Assembly: GCA_003971905.1 (NCBI GenBank)
Contig: RSEE01000012.1
Coordinates: forward strand, 1-64,000
From: Moniliella sp. 'wahieum'
Taxonomy: Eukaryota
DNA length: 64,000 bases
Reading direction: 5' to 3'
The translations under genes and the position numbers were made by a program. Below, one piece after another: positions 62,770-64,000 of the stretch. The notes beneath the pieces were generated by a model. That model had not been told where the DNA came from and searched no databases. It was given only the letters and a program-made list of their open reading frames with translations. The stretch's first letter is position 1. Each line of letters begins with the position of its first letter.

Positions 62770-64000
62770 GAATTGGATAAAGTCGTCAGCTGGAGAAACC
62801 AAATAGAGGCCGTGCCGTGGAGAGGGGGAAGGGGGGAAAGTCAGTGCACAAGGACCCATCCTCTAACCCCACCTTTTCCTCCTCCTCCTTGCCGTAACCG
62901 ACACGCACACCAAACCCAACGCAGCCCAGTTCGCTGTTTCCCTTCCCTCTTGTTCTGCATCCACCCCTCACTCAGACGACCGCCAACCGCTTTAAGTTAG
63001 GCCGTCCGTGGGACAATCGACTCTCTGTTGCGCTTCGCTACAATCCACCTTGCTCTCGCTATCAACCGACCCTCAACACCCGTACCTAGCTGTAATAGAT
63101 GTCGTGGATGCCCAAACGGGAGGAAGGAGGGGGGGTGATGAAGCATCCTAGCGACAACCGGACGTTTTTGGCTCTCGCTGCAATCTCCTCCCGCCTGTCC
63201 GGCTGGGCCCAGCGCGTGGAGCGTTACTACCACTCCAGTGTGGGTGGAAGCAAGGAAGAGCCACCCCGTCAAGGGCCGAAGTAGGGGGTGGAAGGGACCA
63301 TATTGCGGTGCGGCACGATTTGTTTGCCAAGGGATATTCTTTACCAGTCTGCAGCTCTCTGCGGGCCGAGGGGGTGGAAGGCAAGAGCGAAACGAGTGAA
63401 TGGGCACGCAGGAGCAGAAGGAGAGTGGGGGAGGGGAGACAATCATCGTACTAACCAAACGAAAGAACAAGCCCCCAGGCTCCCAAGTCCCTTGTGCGTG
63501 TACGAAGACACAAGCGAAACAGAAAGCAAATGGGGAACGGCAAATGAGTTCATTGATGGGGAGGAGAAGACACGTGAGAATGCAGGGTTCGAGTGGGAGA
63601 CATGGTAGAGGTACAGCACAGCGGGAAAGAGCGAGGAGCCCGTCGGGATCCGAGGCGTGTGGAGCACAGGCCAGAGCGAAACGGGATCGGGATCGGGATC
63701 GTGGTAGGAAAGAGAGCGATATAGGGCAAGGCAAAGGAAGGGAAGTAGGAGGCGGAGACGAGACGAGCGAGGGCGTGACAGCGGGCAAAAATCAAAAGAG
63801 GAAAGAGAGAGGAGAAAGAGAGTCGTTGGGCCGCGATCCAGCAAGCAAGCCAGCAAGCAAACAAGGCAAGCAAACAAGGCAAGCAGTAGAAGAAGCGGGG
63901 GGGGGGGATCCAACGTTGATTAGTCGGCCTGTTTGCGGCGCGACGAGAGGAGCGCGACAAGAGCGGGCTATTCCCATGAACGAGTGCGAGCCTCCCCCTC

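Noticed and set aside
63968..64000. 3' end of a minus-strand gene (..EGEARTRSWE*) entering from beyond the window
   Set aside because: Only about 10 codons are visible, which is not enough to support a call.

Overview
Eukaryotic (fungal, most likely basidiomycete) genomic DNA: GC-rich genes with few, short GT-AG introns. Almost every gene, including essential ones, is broken by 1-2 nt indels, often in homopolymers, which points to an unpolished long-read assembly. Gene models were therefore rebuilt across frames and boundaries are approximate. Left part (1-13.1 kb): a possible RBR/IBR E3 relic, an F-box gene, an ISC1-like sphingolipid phospholipase C, a nest of LTR-retrotransposon remnants (gypsy-like gag-pro plus an internally deleted copia) and a sugar-porter transporter (probably inositol/polyol). 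13.3-23.8 kb is a gene-free island of short tandem repeats, TE fragments and a decayed chromodomain-bearing Ty3/gypsy element. 24-62.8 kb is a compact housekeeping block: proteasome alpha5 (PUP2), DUF3405 protein, VPS10, OPI1-like regulator, SMP/C2 (Meu6/tricalbin-like) protein, RING-CH protein, SPT5, PWWP protein, kinesin-7-like motor, ADP1-like ABC transporter, RPT5 and a hypothetical membrane protein. No rRNA, tRNA or CRISPR was recognised. I found no convincing new biological system. The best leads are the gag-retaining minimal copia, the gag with a HeH/Rho_N-like N-terminus, a possible inositol/lipid gene neighbourhood with E-box arrays, and the Tyr-type SPT5 CTR with C-terminal KOWs.
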